From Callorhinchus milii (lineage: Eukaryota), in contig NW_024704742.1 in NCBI RefSeq assembly GCF_018977255.1, positions 128,590,001-128,654,000 on the forward strand: a stretch of 64,000 nucleotides of DNA, in the 5' to 3' direction. Position 1 is the first letter of the stretch, and each line of letters starts with the position of its first letter. The position numbers and the translations under genes are program-made. The notes beneath the pieces are model-generated. The model was not told where the DNA came from, made no database searches, and worked only from the letters and a program-made list of their open reading frames with translations. This document shows positions 62,720 to 64,000 of this stretch, piece by piece.

Positions 62720-62990
62720 GTCTCCACACGCCTCTGTTTCCTTACTCCACATGACTCTGTTTACCTAGCAGTAAGTAGGAACCCAGTTGTTAGTTGATTG
62801 GCGGATTGCTTTTTCAGGGATAATAATCCCTCAAAAAAAAATAATAATTTGGTCACTCAATCCACGACTGTTTGTGGGACACTGCTGTGCGCAATTGGCT
62901 GCCACGTTTCGGTCACAAATATACATTCAATTCACTTTATAGTATATTCTGTGAAGCACTATATCAAATGCAAGGATTATTGTTATTGTC
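62720..62990 (+). mobile_element. Composite SINE lacking head, with local duplication of CTCCACA..CTCTGTTT
   Basis: Central and Deu-like blocks present. Confidence 0.82.
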
Positions 62991-63719
62991 ACTGGGAATC
63001 TCTACCCAATGCCACAATGGGAGCACCCTCACCACAAGGGCTGCAGTGGTTCCTCAGAATAACTGGAGATGGGCAATAAATGTTGAGGGAAATCCTCAAC
63101 AAAACTCAACATGAACCCTGCATCAACAACAAAATTACATTTGTATAGCGCCTTTCACGTTGGGAGGATGTGAGGATGCATCAGTATCTCTTCTTCGTTT
63201 TGAGCAACAACAACTCTTCAACCACTGACCGAAGTAATGACGAATGAGTTCCAACCCTAGTTTTCTTCCCTTCATTCATTTACTACATATGTGATTGTAT
63301 TAAGAATGGTACTGGCTTTACATGCTTTCTCTAAGCTGTATCAGTCATCCCTTTGTCTTTTTTAACCTTTGTCTCTCTAATATGTATATCTGCTCCCTTG
63401 TACTGACCTCATCAATCTCCATGGCTGCTAAACTCCAATTAAAGGAGCCAGTGCAAAATCTTGGCATTTTGTTTGCCTTAGCTCTCTTTTAAGCCTTTCA
63501 ACTTAATCCCTAATTTACCCCCAATCGCCTAAAACTCTATTCCATGCCTTCATCACCTTCAGACATGACTTCTCCAACACACTGCTTGGCAGCCATCCCA
63601 GCTCCATCATCCACAATCTCCGGATCATCCAGAAATCTGTCATCTGCATTCTCTCCTTCACTAAGTCTCCAGGAATGCATCAGCCTCATCCTTGCCAGAT
63701 AAAACTGGTCATTCATTTT

Positions 63720-64000
63720 ATTACTGCGTTCTGTGAAAATAGATTGCCAAGTGAATGATTTTTTTTTTATCTGGGGGAATGTTGGCCAGGACAAGCCAAC
63801 TTCTCTATTCAAATAATATCATGGGATCTTTAATGTCCACTTGAATAGATGGACCGAACTTTAGTTTAAGATCTCATCCGAAGGTCTGCAAGTCAAACAA
63901 TGCAGTTCTTCGCTAGCACTGCATTGGAGTGCCAGCCGATGCATGGCTTGAACCCAAAACCTTCTGAGTCAGAGGCAAATTTGCTACCAACTGAACCAGG
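63720..64000 (-). mobile_element. Old DeuSINE/SacSINE-like element
   Basis: Reverse complement of the head and AAAGATCCCATG block as in 59692-60050. Confidence 0.65.

Overview
Eukaryotic (vertebrate) genomic DNA, not prokaryotic. The repeat content (tRNA/Deu-type SINEs, L2 with (CAA)n tails, CR1, Penelope) points to a cartilaginous fish, probably a holocephalan such as the elephant shark; this is inferred, not proven. The only host gene I can reconstruct is a + strand urea transporter (SLC14A family, most like the fish UT-C clade). It has 8 coding exons between 28089 and 60974, all introns GT-AG and phase-consistent, giving 1095 nt or 364 aa if ATG 28089 is the start. Both pore signature motifs are substituted ([18 protein letters not shown]) and the protein ends in a PDZ-type tail (ETNV). 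The rest of the window is dense with retroelements: a composite tRNA-Ala-like SINE in long and deleted forms, L2 and CR1 fragments, and a Penelope-like element with a minimal hammerhead-ribozyme motif. There is also a nested TE stack in intron 2 and a set of palindromic MITE-like relics. A few unexplained minus-strand open frames in the first 22 kb could be exons or pseudo-exons of an unidentified gene. I see no evidence for a wholly new multi-gene system; most ORFs in the supplied track are TE-derived or spurious.
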